DNA from: Gammaproteobacteria bacterium
GTDB taxonomy: Bacteria > Pseudomonadota > Gammaproteobacteria > SZUA-229
Length of the DNA: 59,977 bases
Assembly: GCA_048550535.1 (NCBI GenBank)
Contig: JBLYYN010000146.1
Span: 1 to 59,977, forward strand
Reading direction: 5' to 3'
The notes under the pieces were generated by a model, which did no database searches, was not told the DNA's origin, and saw only the letters and a list, made by a program, of their open reading frames with translations. Shown one piece after another: positions 8,853 to 18,299 of this stretch; the stretch's first letter is position 1; the number at the start of each line of letters is the position of its first letter. A program made the translations under genes and the position numbers.

Positions 8853-10946
8853 ATGAAATTTATTCGTCAACTCCATATTCTCATAGCTGCCTGCCTGATA
8901 CCTCTCAGTGTCAGCGCAGGCATTTCAAGTCACCAGGAAAGCCTGCAACCGCTGCAGGAACATGCACGCACCACGGCAGAAATCATCAGCCGATTGCGCC
9001 ACCAGCATTTCCAGCGCACCCAGGTATTTCTTGACGACCAGCTGTCTTCGACGGTTCTGGACCGTTATATCAGTGAGCTGGACAGGGACAGAAGCTATTT
9101 CCTGGCCTCGGATATCGAAGAATTCGAAAAATACCGCCTCAAACTGGATGACGCGTTTAAAACCAGCAATCTGCAACCCGCTTTTGATATTTACAACCGT
9201 TATCAGCTGCGCGTCACCGACCGGCTGAAATTCATGCTACTAGAACTGAATAAGGGTATAGATAAGCTGGATTTCAAACAGGATGAATACCTCACTATTC
9301 GACGGGATGAACTGCCCTGGGCTAAATCACAGGCCGATCTGGACCAGCACTGGCACAAGCGCCTGAAAAATGAAGTACTTAGCCTGAAACTGTCTGATAA
9401 AAAACCGGAAAAAATTACCGATCTGCTGACCAAGCGATATGAGAACCAGCTCAAGCGGGTGCAGCAAACCATCAGCGAAGATGCCTATCGCATGTACATG
9501 AATGCGCTGACCCTGAGCTATGACCCCCATACCCAATACTTCTCGCCCCGAGCCACCGAAAATTTCAACATCCGCATGAAACTATCTCTGGAAGGCATTG
9601 GTGCCATGCTGCAACTGGAAGACGAATACACCAAGGTCTCCCGGGTAATTCCGGCCGGCCCTGCCGACAAAGCCGGCCAGCTAAAAGCCAATGATCGCAT
9701 CATTGGTGTGGGCCAGGGGGAGGACGGTGAGCTGGTTGATGTTATTGGCTGGCGACTGGACGATGTGGTGGAATTGATCCGCGGTCCCAAAGATAGTGTG
9801 GTGCGCCTGTCGATCCTGCAGAGCAATGCGGTGGATAATCAGCAGAACAAAGTCATAGCCATTACCCGCGACACTGTGAAACTGGAAGAACAGGCCGCGA
9901 GCAAAAAAGTAATTGAACTGGATAACTATGGCAAGAAGTACAAGCTGGGCATTATCGATATTCCTAAGTTCTACATCGACTTCGAAGCCGCCAGCCGGGG
10001 TGACCCCAACTATCGCAGTACCACCCGTGACGTACGCAAACTGCTGAAGGAACTCATAGCGGAAAATGTACAGGGTATCATTGTCGATCTCAGCGACAAT
10101 GGCGGTGGTTCTCTGCGCGAAGTCAATGAACTGATCGGCCTGTTCATCACCGAAGGGCCTACGGTTCAGGTCAAAGGGGTTAGCGGCCGGGTTTATGTGC
10201 ATGCCGACGACGATGACGACATCACCTACGATGGCCCTCTGGCCGTGTTGGTGAACCGCCTCAGTGCTTCGGCGTCTGAAATCTTCGCCGGCGCCATTCA
10301 GGATTATCGCCGTGGCCTGGTGATCGGCACTCAAACCTACGGCAAGGGTACAGTACAGGCCATGATGCCGCTTAAACACGGCCAGATAACCCTTACCCAG
10401 CAAAAATTTTATCGCATATCCGGCAACAGCACGCAGAACCGGGGCGTGATACCGGACATTGAATTACCCTCTCTGTATGACGTCAAGGAAATTGGTGAAA
10501 GTGCGCTGGATGGTGCACTGCCCTGGGATCGCATTCAGCCCACCGCCTATCAGGCCTATGCCGATTTTGCTACCTTGATTCCTCGCTTGAATGATCTGCA
10601 TGCACGACGAGCCGCCAATGACCCGGACTACACTCATCTGGTAAAGACCAATCAGCTGATTGATCAACGTCGTCATATAAAAGCCCTGTCACTGAATGAA
10701 GACAAACGCAAGGCAGAACAGAAATCGCTGGAACAGGCACAGTTGAAACTGGAAAATGAACGACGCCTGGCCAAAGGCCAGACGCCCATCAAGTCCATTG
10801 ATGAACTGGATCAGGATGAGGAAGAAGATAAGGTAGCGAACAAGGAAACACCCCATGAACCAACGCCGCTGATGATGGAAAGTGCCAATATTCTGATTGA
10901 CTACCTCAATCTCAATGATCCGCAGATTGCTAAGACGGCTAAATGA
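8853..10946 (+). CDS. prc: Tail-specific (C-terminal processing) protease, S41 family
   Basis: 697 aa with a signal peptide, a PDZ-like region (GIGAMLQLEDEYTKVSRVIPAGPADKAG) and an S41 catalytic region (NRLSASASEIFAGAIQDY ... GKGTVQ). Confidence 0.92.
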   Translation: MKFIRQLHILIAACLIPLSVSAGISSHQESLQPLQEHARTTAEIISRLRHQHFQRTQVFLDDQLSSTVLDRYISELDRDRSYFLASDIEEFEKYRLKLDDAFKTSNLQPAFDIYNRYQLRVTDRLKFMLLELNKGIDKLDFKQDEYLTIRRDELPWAKSQADLDQHWHKRLKNEVLSLKLSDKKPEKITDLLTKRYENQLKRVQQTISEDAYRMYMNALTLSYDPHTQYFSPRATENFNIRMKLSLEGIGAMLQLEDEYTKVSRVIPAGPADKAGQLKANDRIIGVGQGEDGELVDVIGWRLDDVVELIRGPKDSVVRLSILQSNAVDNQQNKVIAITRDTVKLEEQAASKKVIELDNYGKKYKLGIIDIPKFYIDFEAASRGDPNYRSTTRDVRKLLKELIAENVQGIIVDLSDNGGGSLREVNELIGLFITEGPTVQVKGVSGRVYVHADDDDDITYDGPLAVLVNRLSASASEIFAGAIQDYRRGLVIGTQTYGKGTVQAMMPLKHGQITLTQQKFYRISGNSTQNRGVIPDIELPSLYDVKEIGESALDGALPWDRIQPTAYQAYADFATLIPRLNDLHARRAANDPDYTHLVKTNQLIDQRRHIKALSLNEDKRKAEQKSLEQAQLKLENERRLAKGQTPIKSIDELDQDEEEDKVANKETPHEPTPLMMESANILIDYLNLNDPQIAKTAK

Positions 10947-10959
10947 TTAAACAAGTTTT

Positions 10960-11072
10960 AAGTCGGAGGTCGGAGGTCATAAGTCAACAATCTAAAGGTA
11001 AGGTTGCTGACTAATTAACTTAGTAAAGTAGCGTTTTTGACCTAAGACCTAAGACCTAAGACTTACGACTTT
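10960..11072. repeat. Imperfect long inverted repeat built from tandem heptamers
   Basis: The 5' arm aagtcggaggtcggaggtcataagtc (10960-10985) and 3' arm gacctaagacctaagacctaagacttacgactt (11039-11072) pair at about 20 of 26 positions around an AT-rich spacer of about 53 nt. The element fills the gap between the convergent prc gene and the 11074 gene. Confidence 0.6.
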
Positions 11073-11073
11073 A

Positions 11074-11814
11074 TTAATGAACTTTCCCCTGATGTGACCA
11101 TTGCTTGCTGTACTTCTCCATCACCTTACGCACATGATCCGGGTATCCGATAATATCCATTTGCTGCATACCTTCCGTGAAAAAAGCTTTGGCATCCACC
11201 GGAATATTTTTCACCAGTTGTTCGAACACATTATCCATCAGCTCCGCATTGTGACTGCGGGTAGCCACTATGCCCCAGTTGAGATTGATAATTCGCCAGG
11301 GCCGCATGGGATTAGTCTGCTCAAGATCCTGACGAATATCATTACTGGTATGCGCGATAATCTGTGCGATTAATCGACTCAGCCGTTCCAGCTCCAGGTT
11401 CTCGGTGATGGTATTGGCCAGACCCGACAGGGCATTCACCAATATATCCAGCTTGCCGATTTCCCCACCCTGTTGAATTAACCAGTAAGCGACGGGTAAT
11501 GACAGGCGCTGCAGGGCAATCATACTGTCCTGCATACCCATGTTTGCCGCCACAATGGATAACTGCTCAAGTAAATTCAGGGCATAATCACCGATTTCGC
11601 TGAGTTCTTCCGTGCTCAATACACCGGGGGAATTATTTTTTCTATCCGACTGCTGACGCATCATAATATCGATGGTGGCCTGCATGGCCTTGATCATATC
11701 CAGGCTTGAGCTTGCACTGGCATCACTGGAGGCCTTTAAACTCAACTGCATGGATCGGGTATTTTCAGCAAATAAATCTTTAATCTGCTCGGGTTCGAAA
11801 TTTAATCCGTTCAT
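11074..11814 (-). CDS. Hypothetical protein (246 aa, predicted all-helical), family not recognised
   Basis: Uninterrupted ORF with coding-like composition. Only a short antisense ORF competes with it. No motif recognised. Confidence 0.6.
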   Translation of the reverse strand: MNGLNFEPEQIKDLFAENTRSMQLSLKASSDASASSSLDMIKAMQATIDIMMRQQSDRKNNSPGVLSTEELSEIGDYALNLLEQLSIVAANMGMQDSMIALQRLSLPVAYWLIQQGGEIGKLDILVNALSGLANTITENLELERLSRLIAQIIAHTSNDIRQDLEQTNPMRPWRIINLNWGIVATRSHNAELMDNVFEQLVKNIPVDAKAFFTEGMQQMDIIGYPDHVRKVMEKYSKQWSHQGKVH

Positions 11815-11901
11815 AATAGTCGTCTTGATATGAAATTCACTTATACCTGCATCCGTAACATCATCACCGGTGATGCCAGGGTTTCAGGTTACAATAATGC
11901 C

Positions 11902-13092
11902 ATGCAAACTGATTCACCACATGACCAGAAGTACCGATTCTCCTGGCAGTATGGTAACCGATTTCAATTACTGATTGATGGCCCGGTTTTTTTTAAAGCC
12001 ATGCTGCAGAGCATGCAGCAGGCACAACATTATATCCTGATAGAAATGTATCTGGTCAAATCCGGCAGGGTATCGCAAAGTTTTTTCCAGGTATTGGCCG
12101 AGGCACGGCAACGCGGTGTCCAGGTTTATTTTTTAATGGATGCTTTCGGCAGTCGTAAACTGGATACCAGGGATTTACAGTTTCTAAAGCGACATAATGT
12201 AAAAATCAGTTTTTATAATCCGATTGAATTACAGAAACACCAGCTCGCCCTGTTCCGGGATCATCGCAAGCTGCTGGTGGTGGATGGCCAAATCGCCTAT
12301 GTCGGGGGCGCCGGACTGATCGATGAGTTTGATAGTACTGATCATCCTGGCAAGACCTGGCGTGAGAATATGGTTAAAATTGAAGGCCCCAATGTACTGC
12401 AATGGCAAACCCTGTTTGCCGATAACTGGCGAATCTGGTCAGACAGCCCACTACCCGCATTGTATGATAAACCAGCGGAATTTGACCAGCTGGGCCGAGT
12501 CACCATGACCCAGGGACCACGCTTTCTGGAAATCAAACGTTCCTTTATTCAGCATGTCCGTCACGCCAGAACGCGAGTGTGGATGAGCACCGCCTATTTT
12601 ACGCCGTCGCGCAAGTTACGTCGGGAATTGCGCCGCTCGGCATTGCGAGGTGTCGACGTGCGTATACTGATCCCCGGACCTATAACCGACCTGCCCATGG
12701 CCCGTTACCTGGCTCAACATTATTATCATCGTTTACTACGGGATGGCGTACGCATCTTTGAATACCAGCCCCGCTTTATGCATGCCAAACTGGTATTATG
12801 CGATGACTGGGTATCACTGGGCTCCTGTAATATCGATCGCTGGAACCTGCTGTGGAACCTGGACGCCAATCAGGAAATTAAAGATACTAACTTTGCCAGG
12901 TCCGTGGTTGACATATTCCACCAGGATTTCCAGCAATGTTATGAGGTATTACAGGAACACTGGAAGCGCCGTTCCTGGTTGAGCCGTATCCGAATCTGGT
13001 TCTGGGCCAGCTATATTCAGCTGGCAGACCACCTGTTAAACCGTTTGAGAATACTCAGACACTGGAAAATTATTCGTAAGCAGAGGAATTAG
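11902..13092 (+). CDS. Phospholipase D / cardiolipin synthase-like protein (two HKD motifs)
   Basis: HKD motifs HRKLLVVDGQIAYVGGAG and HAKLVLCDDWVSLGSCN. The longest ORF starts at 11830. I prefer ATG 11902 (MQTDSPHDQKYRF...) because it leaves promoter space to the divergent gene. Confidence 0.8.
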   Translation: MQTDSPHDQKYRFSWQYGNRFQLLIDGPVFFKAMLQSMQQAQHYILIEMYLVKSGRVSQSFFQVLAEARQRGVQVYFLMDAFGSRKLDTRDLQFLKRHNVKISFYNPIELQKHQLALFRDHRKLLVVDGQIAYVGGAGLIDEFDSTDHPGKTWRENMVKIEGPNVLQWQTLFADNWRIWSDSPLPALYDKPAEFDQLGRVTMTQGPRFLEIKRSFIQHVRHARTRVWMSTAYFTPSRKLRRELRRSALRGVDVRILIPGPITDLPMARYLAQHYYHRLLRDGVRIFEYQPRFMHAKLVLCDDWVSLGSCNIDRWNLLWNLDANQEIKDTNFARSVVDIFHQDFQQCYEVLQEHWKRRSWLSRIRIWFWASYIQLADHLLNRLRILRHWKIIRKQRN

Positions 13093-13096
13093 TGCC

Positions 13097-13486
13097 ATGC
13101 GCCTGTTACACACCATGATCCGGGTTGGGAACCTGGAAAAATCGATCAAGTTCTACACAGAAGTCCTGCACATGAAATTACTAAGGCAAAAAGATTACCC
13201 TGACGGTCGATTCACTCTGGCTTTTGTCGGCTATGGTGATGAAAAAAACAACAGTGTTATCGAGCTTACCCATAACTGGGACACCGAAAGCTATGACATG
13301 GGGTCCGGCTTCGGTCACCTGGCCATTGAAGTGGAAGACGTTTACCATGCTGTGGACCAAATCAGGCAACGGGATGGCAAGATACTCCGGGAAGCAGGTC
13401 CAATGAATGCCGGCAGCACCATTATTGCGTTTGTGGAAGACCCAGACGGATATCCGATTGAATTACTGGGACCCAAACAGTATTGA
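13097..13486 (+). CDS. gloA: Lactoylglutathione lyase (glyoxalase I)
   Basis: 129 aa. MRLLHTMIRVGNLEKSIKFYTEVL ... ELTHNW ... GHLAIEV ... GYPIELL is the typical GloA pattern. Confidence 0.95.
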   Translation: MRLLHTMIRVGNLEKSIKFYTEVLHMKLLRQKDYPDGRFTLAFVGYGDEKNNSVIELTHNWDTESYDMGSGFGHLAIEVEDVYHAVDQIRQRDGKILREAGPMNAGSTIIAFVEDPDGYPIELLGPKQY

Positions 13487-14692
13487 CTAATGGCTTCTGA
13501 CTACGACCAGCTCCGGTTGATCCAGCCTGCTCGTTGTGACCCGGTTACGACCCTGGCTTTTACTTTGATACAGGCACTGGTCAGCTGCCCGCACCAGCGC
13601 ACTGCTGGATTGCTCAGCCTGGGCTATGGTACTGGCGACACCGATGCTCACCGTCAGCCAGGGGCTGACATCTTCGTTACCGGCCTGTAACTGCGATTCC
13701 TGTAGCGCCTGACGCAAGTGCTCGGCCATTTTACGAGCATATTCCAGATTGGTTTTAGGCAGCAGAATCACAAACTCTTCACCACCGTAACGAGCGATGA
13801 AATCCGCTGCACGCTTTAATTGCCCACCCAGAATACTGGCGACACTGAACAGGCAGGTGTCGCCCAGCAGATGTCCAAACCGGTCGTTGTAGGCCTTGAA
13901 AAAATCGATGTCGATCATGATCAGACTGATGGGCGTATATTCACGCATACTTCGCCTCCATTCGTCTTCCAGCACCATATCAAAATAACGCCGGTTATAG
14001 ATGCCACTCACACCATCCATGGTAGATAACTGTTTGGCATCGCTATAACGGCGATCCGACCGACGCAACATGAACAGGGAGATCAAAATGCTCACGATAA
14101 AAATGAAACTGGTCATCATCCAGCGGGATTCACGGGATTGCTCATGGTTCTCCACCAGCTGTATATAATTCTGCTGTTGCAAAGCCACCAGGCGATCCAG
14201 CACCTCCAGCACATTCTGCAAGGCCGCTGAACCACGATTGGAAACGAGCCAGAGCTCTTCATTACTCAAGGATCCAAACATAATGCTCTCAATCAAATAG
14301 GCGTGGTAGGGCTGAGCGAAATTCACTGCATCCAGCAGTTGCCGATAGGTGGTTCGAATCGGTTGCGAATCATTGAGAAATTTAAGTTTGTTACGGGCCC
14401 GAAGAAATTCTGAGCCATAAGACAAATAACGCTGGTATTCCTCATCCTGTTCAAATACATCCCGGGCATTCAACATACGCTGAATGCTCAACTGCCTCAG
14501 GCGCACAGCATCCCGCATTTTGTGGCTAAACTCGGCTTCCTCATGGGCCATCATCAGAGAACGGAACTGTTCGCGGTTTTGTACATTAAATTGCCAGAGC
14601 ACAGCAAATATCAGCACCAGACCGGCGACCGTCATTAACCTGTAACTTAATCTACGAAATAATCTCGATTGTTTCTCCAGAATTCGCTTCAT
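13487..14692 (-). CDS. Diguanylate cyclase (GGDEF) with N-terminal membrane-bound sensor region
   Basis: 401 aa. Two hydrophobic segments flank a region of about 150 aa. The C-terminal GGDEF domain carries RYGGEEFVILLP. Confidence 0.85.
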   Translation of the reverse strand: MKRILEKQSRLFRRLSYRLMTVAGLVLIFAVLWQFNVQNREQFRSLMMAHEEAEFSHKMRDAVRLRQLSIQRMLNARDVFEQDEEYQRYLSYGSEFLRARNKLKFLNDSQPIRTTYRQLLDAVNFAQPYHAYLIESIMFGSLSNEELWLVSNRGSAALQNVLEVLDRLVALQQQNYIQLVENHEQSRESRWMMTSFIFIVSILISLFMLRRSDRRYSDAKQLSTMDGVSGIYNRRYFDMVLEDEWRRSMREYTPISLIMIDIDFFKAYNDRFGHLLGDTCLFSVASILGGQLKRAADFIARYGGEEFVILLPKTNLEYARKMAEHLRQALQESQLQAGNEDVSPWLTVSIGVASTIAQAEQSSSALVRAADQCLYQSKSQGRNRVTTSRLDQPELVVVRSH

Positions 14693-14752
14693 TGCCTAAA
14701 ATATCCTTTCGAATTGCGGTTACAATAGCAGCCTTTTAGCGCCAACCGCAAA

Positions 14753-15913
14753 ATGCCAATGACCATAGACTATATTGACTCACAGGAAGCCCTTGAGGCC
14801 TGCTGCCAACAATTTCTGCACAGCCGTTTTCTGTGTATCGATACCGAATTTCACCGGGAAACCACTTATTACCCGGAACTGGCATTGATCCAGCTGGGTG
14901 ACGGACAACACACTGCCTGCATCGATCCCTTGCCATTGCATGACTTTGAGCCTTTGCTGGAGTTGTTCCGTAATACGAATATTATCAAGGTTTTCCATGC
15001 CGCAGGCCAGGATCTTGAAATTTTTCACAATGATTTCGGCTGCCTGCCCGATCCCATCTTTGACACCCAGATTGCCGCCACCCTGCTGGGTTATGGCGAA
15101 CAGATCGGCTACGCTGCCCTGGTCAAAACCTGCCTCGATATCGAGCTGGACAAATCCCAGACTCGCACCGACTGGATGAAACGGCCGCTGAACGCTAAAC
15201 AGCTGGAATACGCCGCCAATGATGTCATTTATCTGGCCCAGCTGTTCCCGGACATGGAACAAAAACTTCGGGCGCTGGGGCGGCTCGACTGGCTGGCCGA
15301 AGACTTTGCCCTGCTCAGCCAGAACCAGAACTATCTGATAGATATGGACAATATCTGGCGTAAAACCAAGGGCCACCAGCGCCTGCGAGGGCAGCAACTG
15401 GCCATATTACAGCAACTGTCCAGCTGGCGCGAAAGCACTGCCGTTGACCGCAACCGACCACGACGCAGGATTCTGCCCGATGACGCGCTGATCGACCTGG
15501 CCATGCAGAAACCGACGCAGCCCGAGCAGATTCGTGCCCTGCGTTCACTGAATAGATTTCGGCTCAACGAAGATGATACCGGGCAGCTGATTGAATGTAT
15601 CAATCGCGGCCTGGCGAAGGACAGGAATGATTGGCCGCAACTAGCCAAAAAATTTAAACTTCGCCCTCAGCAGGATGCTCTGGTGGATACCTTGCAGGCC
15701 CTGCTTAAACTTAATGCCCTGCAACACGACATCAACCCCAGCAGTCTGGCCAGTCGTAAACATCTGGAAGCCCTGGTCACCGGTGAACGTGACCTGGAGC
15801 TGCTCAAGGGCTGGCGCAAACAACATGGAGGACAACAACTGGTAGAATTTCTCGACGGCAAACTGAGCCTGTCATCTCAACAAGGTAAACTGGTGGTCCA
15901 ACAAAATGGCTGA
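14753..15913 (+). CDS. rnd: Ribonuclease D
   Basis: 386 aa. DEDDy exonuclease motifs (FLCIDTEF, HAAGQDLE, YAANDVIYL) followed by an HRDC-like region. Confidence 0.9.
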   Translation: MPMTIDYIDSQEALEACCQQFLHSRFLCIDTEFHRETTYYPELALIQLGDGQHTACIDPLPLHDFEPLLELFRNTNIIKVFHAAGQDLEIFHNDFGCLPDPIFDTQIAATLLGYGEQIGYAALVKTCLDIELDKSQTRTDWMKRPLNAKQLEYAANDVIYLAQLFPDMEQKLRALGRLDWLAEDFALLSQNQNYLIDMDNIWRKTKGHQRLRGQQLAILQQLSSWRESTAVDRNRPRRRILPDDALIDLAMQKPTQPEQIRALRSLNRFRLNEDDTGQLIECINRGLAKDRNDWPQLAKKFKLRPQQDALVDTLQALLKLNALQHDINPSSLASRKHLEALVTGERDLELLKGWRKQHGGQQLVEFLDGKLSLSSQQGKLVVQQNG

Positions 15914-16928
15914 TGTGTCTGGAATCAGTGACTTTCTTAATCAGGCCGGTACCCAGTACCGGGTATTCGACATGGGCCGACGCATACAGCTCATCGATGC
16001 CGGCACATTCCTGGCCTTCGAGCAGGGCGAAATCCCCTACCCATACCCCCTGCAACAACAGGCCTGGCTGGGCATACTGGTGTGGAATAATGACCAGCAA
16101 CAGGATCTGGTGATCTGGTTTTTGAGGTTCCCGCTGGATGCCAAAGGCAGCCTTACCCCAGGCATCCGCGACGATTTCGTTTCTCGTCTCTTGAAAAAGG
16201 AACAAGAGGATGATACCGATGAGAACAATCCCTACGGCTTCAAGCCCAAACAGGAACACATGGCCTGTTTTCACGCCAAAGCCGCCAGGGTGCTCCAGCA
16301 AGCGCCCTCACAATTCTATGAACATGCCCGAGACTATTTTTCTGGCAAGCCGGGTTATGAGCAATGGGCCTTTGTGGGTTTTCAGGGTATTGCCGATGTG
16401 GCCTGCAGACTGGATCAGGAGGGTAATACGGATATTGTACAACAGGCTATAGATCAGCTGCCGGAACAACCTTTCGACGCCCTGTGTCAGTGCCTGGAAC
16501 ATGAGAAGATTGCCACTGGTCTGGGCCAGGCACTGGCGCATCGACTCCACACAATATTGAACCAGCAGCCGATAGACAGCAATCAGGTATCCATGTGTCT
16601 GCGCGCCCTGTCCCACAGCGAAGATGCCCAGTTGCTCCAGCAACAGATCACACAGGTGCTGGCCTCTGAGGCGGGTAATGACCCGGAAGTGCTGGCCTCC
16701 ATATCCGGTCGTTGCTGGCTGGCACTGCAGCAGGAGTCACTGATGATGAACTTTCTGGAACAGTTGGCTCGCTGTAGTGAAGGCCAGGCATTTTTCAATC
16801 TGATCATTGTCGATCTGATCAATATTCCGGGCATGCAGGAGCACCTGAATCGGGCCATTCGGAACAGTGACCGCTCTGAACTGTTATCCAGCGCCATTGG
16901 CCGTTTATTTCAGGACTTTACTCAATAA
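15906..16928 (+). CDS. Conserved hypothetical protein, possibly DUF3549 family
   Basis: 340 aa. Its start overlaps the rnd stop (ATGGCTGA). The DUF3549 assignment is from memory of the rnd-adjacent gene in pseudomonads and is not verified. Confidence 0.55.
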   Translation: MADVSGISDFLNQAGTQYRVFDMGRRIQLIDAGTFLAFEQGEIPYPYPLQQQAWLGILVWNNDQQQDLVIWFLRFPLDAKGSLTPGIRDDFVSRLLKKEQEDDTDENNPYGFKPKQEHMACFHAKAARVLQQAPSQFYEHARDYFSGKPGYEQWAFVGFQGIADVACRLDQEGNTDIVQQAIDQLPEQPFDALCQCLEHEKIATGLGQALAHRLHTILNQQPIDSNQVSMCLRALSHSEDAQLLQQQITQVLASEAGNDPEVLASISGRCWLALQQESLMMNFLEQLARCSEGQAFFNLIIVDLINIPGMQEHLNRAIRNSDRSELLSSAIGRLFQDFTQ

Positions 16929-16932
16929 TACT

Positions 16933-16975
16933 AACCAGTGATTTAGGTATATAGCCTAAATCACTGGTTTTATTA
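16933..16975 (+). terminator. Rho-independent terminator after the rnd operon
   Basis: Perfect 15-bp stem aaccagtgatttagg / cctaaatcactggtt with a 7-nt loop, followed by ttttatt. It begins 5 nt after the stop at 16928. Confidence 0.75.
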
Positions 16976-17044
16976 ACATATACCTTGATTTGTTCTCATT
17001 TTGTTCTTAATATCAGGCTATCTCAATGACAGAAGCTTTGCCCT

Positions 17045-17509
17045 ATGAACAATCTGAGCCTGTTGATCCCCAAACGCCAGCACCCCACCTGGGTGACGGA
17101 CCTTGAACCCGCTGACTGCCAGGATATCGAACTCCTCGACATACCCTTGCTGGGCACCATCACCGCCGGAAATCCCATCGAAAGGGTCGAGCACCATGAA
17201 CAGGTGTCGGTACCGGCCCACATGGTTCGTAGGAATACCTATGCCCTGAAGGTGCGCGGCCACTCCATGATCGATGACAATATCGAGGACGGCGACATCA
17301 TCATCGTTGAAAAACGGGAAACCGCGAACAACGGCCAGTCGGTGGTGGCACTGATCAATGGTGAACAGGTGACATTGAAAAAATTCTATATAGAAGTTGA
17401 CGGTGTTCGTCTGCAACCGGCCAATCCGGATATGGAGCCCATTATGCTGAAAAACTCCGAGGTTCAGGTGCTGGGTATAGTCGCTGGCGTCATCCGTAAC
17501 TACAACTGA
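17045..17509 (+). CDS. S24 family peptidase, LexA C-terminal-domain-like, no DNA-binding domain
   Basis: 154 aa. LexA-like cleavage loop PLLGTITAGNPIE (Ala41-Gly42), catalytic Ser in RGHSM (S74) and Lys in VTLKKF (K112). An in-frame stop at 17027 prevents N-terminal extension. Confidence 0.75.
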   Translation: MNNLSLLIPKRQHPTWVTDLEPADCQDIELLDIPLLGTITAGNPIERVEHHEQVSVPAHMVRRNTYALKVRGHSMIDDNIEDGDIIIVEKRETANNGQSVVALINGEQVTLKKFYIEVDGVRLQPANPDMEPIMLKNSEVQVLGIVAGVIRNYN

Positions 17510-17668
17510 TACAAAGAATATGCGCCGTCTCGGCACATTCCTTATGTCACTACTGTTATCACTAGTCGACCCTGGCCGGCATAAGTATGTACTGATACCT
17601 TAAAATGAATTCTGCACTATAGTAGCAGTCATAAATGATTATCAGTGCTACTGAAGAGAGGCCCCCCT

Positions 17669-18118
17669 ATGATTTCAATAAAAAAATATGCAATAGGTAC
17701 ACTCCTGGCCCTGACCAGCCTTCTGTCTTTAAACGCTTATGCCGAAAATTCAAAAACCTTTGGTGATTATGTGGTGCACTACAATGCCTTCAGAAGTGAC
17801 ACCCTCACCCCGGACATAGCCAAAGCCTATCAACTCACACGCCGTAACAACCGCATGGTGGTAAACATTACCGTTTTGAAAAAAGACAATAGCCATACCT
17901 CACCCGTGAAAGCCAGGGTGTCGGGCTTTGCCAGCAATCTTACTGGACAGGTCAAAGATCTGGAATTCAAGGAAATAGTGGAGGATAACGCCATTTATTA
18001 TCTCGCCCAGGCTCAGGTCAGCCACCGAGAAACCCTTAAATTTGAAATCCAGACAACGCCAGCAGGTCAGTCGAGGTCCACTAAGGTCAAGTTTGATCAA
18101 CAGTTTTTTACCGATTGA
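17669..18118 (+). CDS. Secreted protein, probably DUF4426 family
   Basis: Signal peptide MISIKKYAIGTLLALTSLLSLNAYA, then FGDYVVHYNAFRSDTLTPDIAKAY. I recall this pattern as DUF4426-like. I prefer the start at ATG 17669 over GTG 17645. Confidence 0.6.
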   Translation: MISIKKYAIGTLLALTSLLSLNAYAENSKTFGDYVVHYNAFRSDTLTPDIAKAYQLTRRNNRMVVNITVLKKDNSHTSPVKARVSGFASNLTGQVKDLEFKEIVEDNAIYYLAQAQVSHRETLKFEIQTTPAGQSRSTKVKFDQQFFTD

Positions 18119-18134
18119 TTCCATGAAGCACCAG

Positions 18135-18163
18135 AGTCCGGTAGCCAAACTACCGGACTTTAC
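18135..18163 (+). terminator. Putative terminator hairpin
   Basis: Stem agtccggtag / ctaccggact with loop ccaaa, starting 17 nt after the stop at 18118. The T tract is weak (tttac). Confidence 0.45.
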
Positions 18164-18245
18164 TCAAAAAAATAACAATTTCATTGTCAAAATAGCCAAA
18201 TCCCCGGCTTCTCCTTGATGATCGCATACCATCCGAGAGACATTT

Positions 18246-18271
18246 CCTATACAATCCCCCCCCTATACAAT
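18246..18271 (+). promoter_or_regulatory. Direct repeat cctatacaat-N6-cctatacaat upstream of fabA (candidate tandem -10 elements or operator)
   Basis: Two exact 10-mers at 18246-18255 and 18262-18271, ending 29 nt before the fabA ATG. Each contains the -10-like TATACAAT. Confidence 0.3.
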
Positions 18272-18299
18272 TAGCTAGATGACAGGTTTTTCCTTTAAC

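Noticed and set aside
16976-17044. SOS (LexA) box upstream of the S24 peptidase gene
   Set aside because: I looked for CTGT-N8-ACAG and found none, so I make no claim of SOS control.
17520-17597. 25-codon hydrophobic mini-ORF (MRRLGTFLMSLLLSLVDPGRHKYVL) after the S24 gene
   Set aside because: It is too short to support from sequence alone and has no SD sequence. It could be chance.
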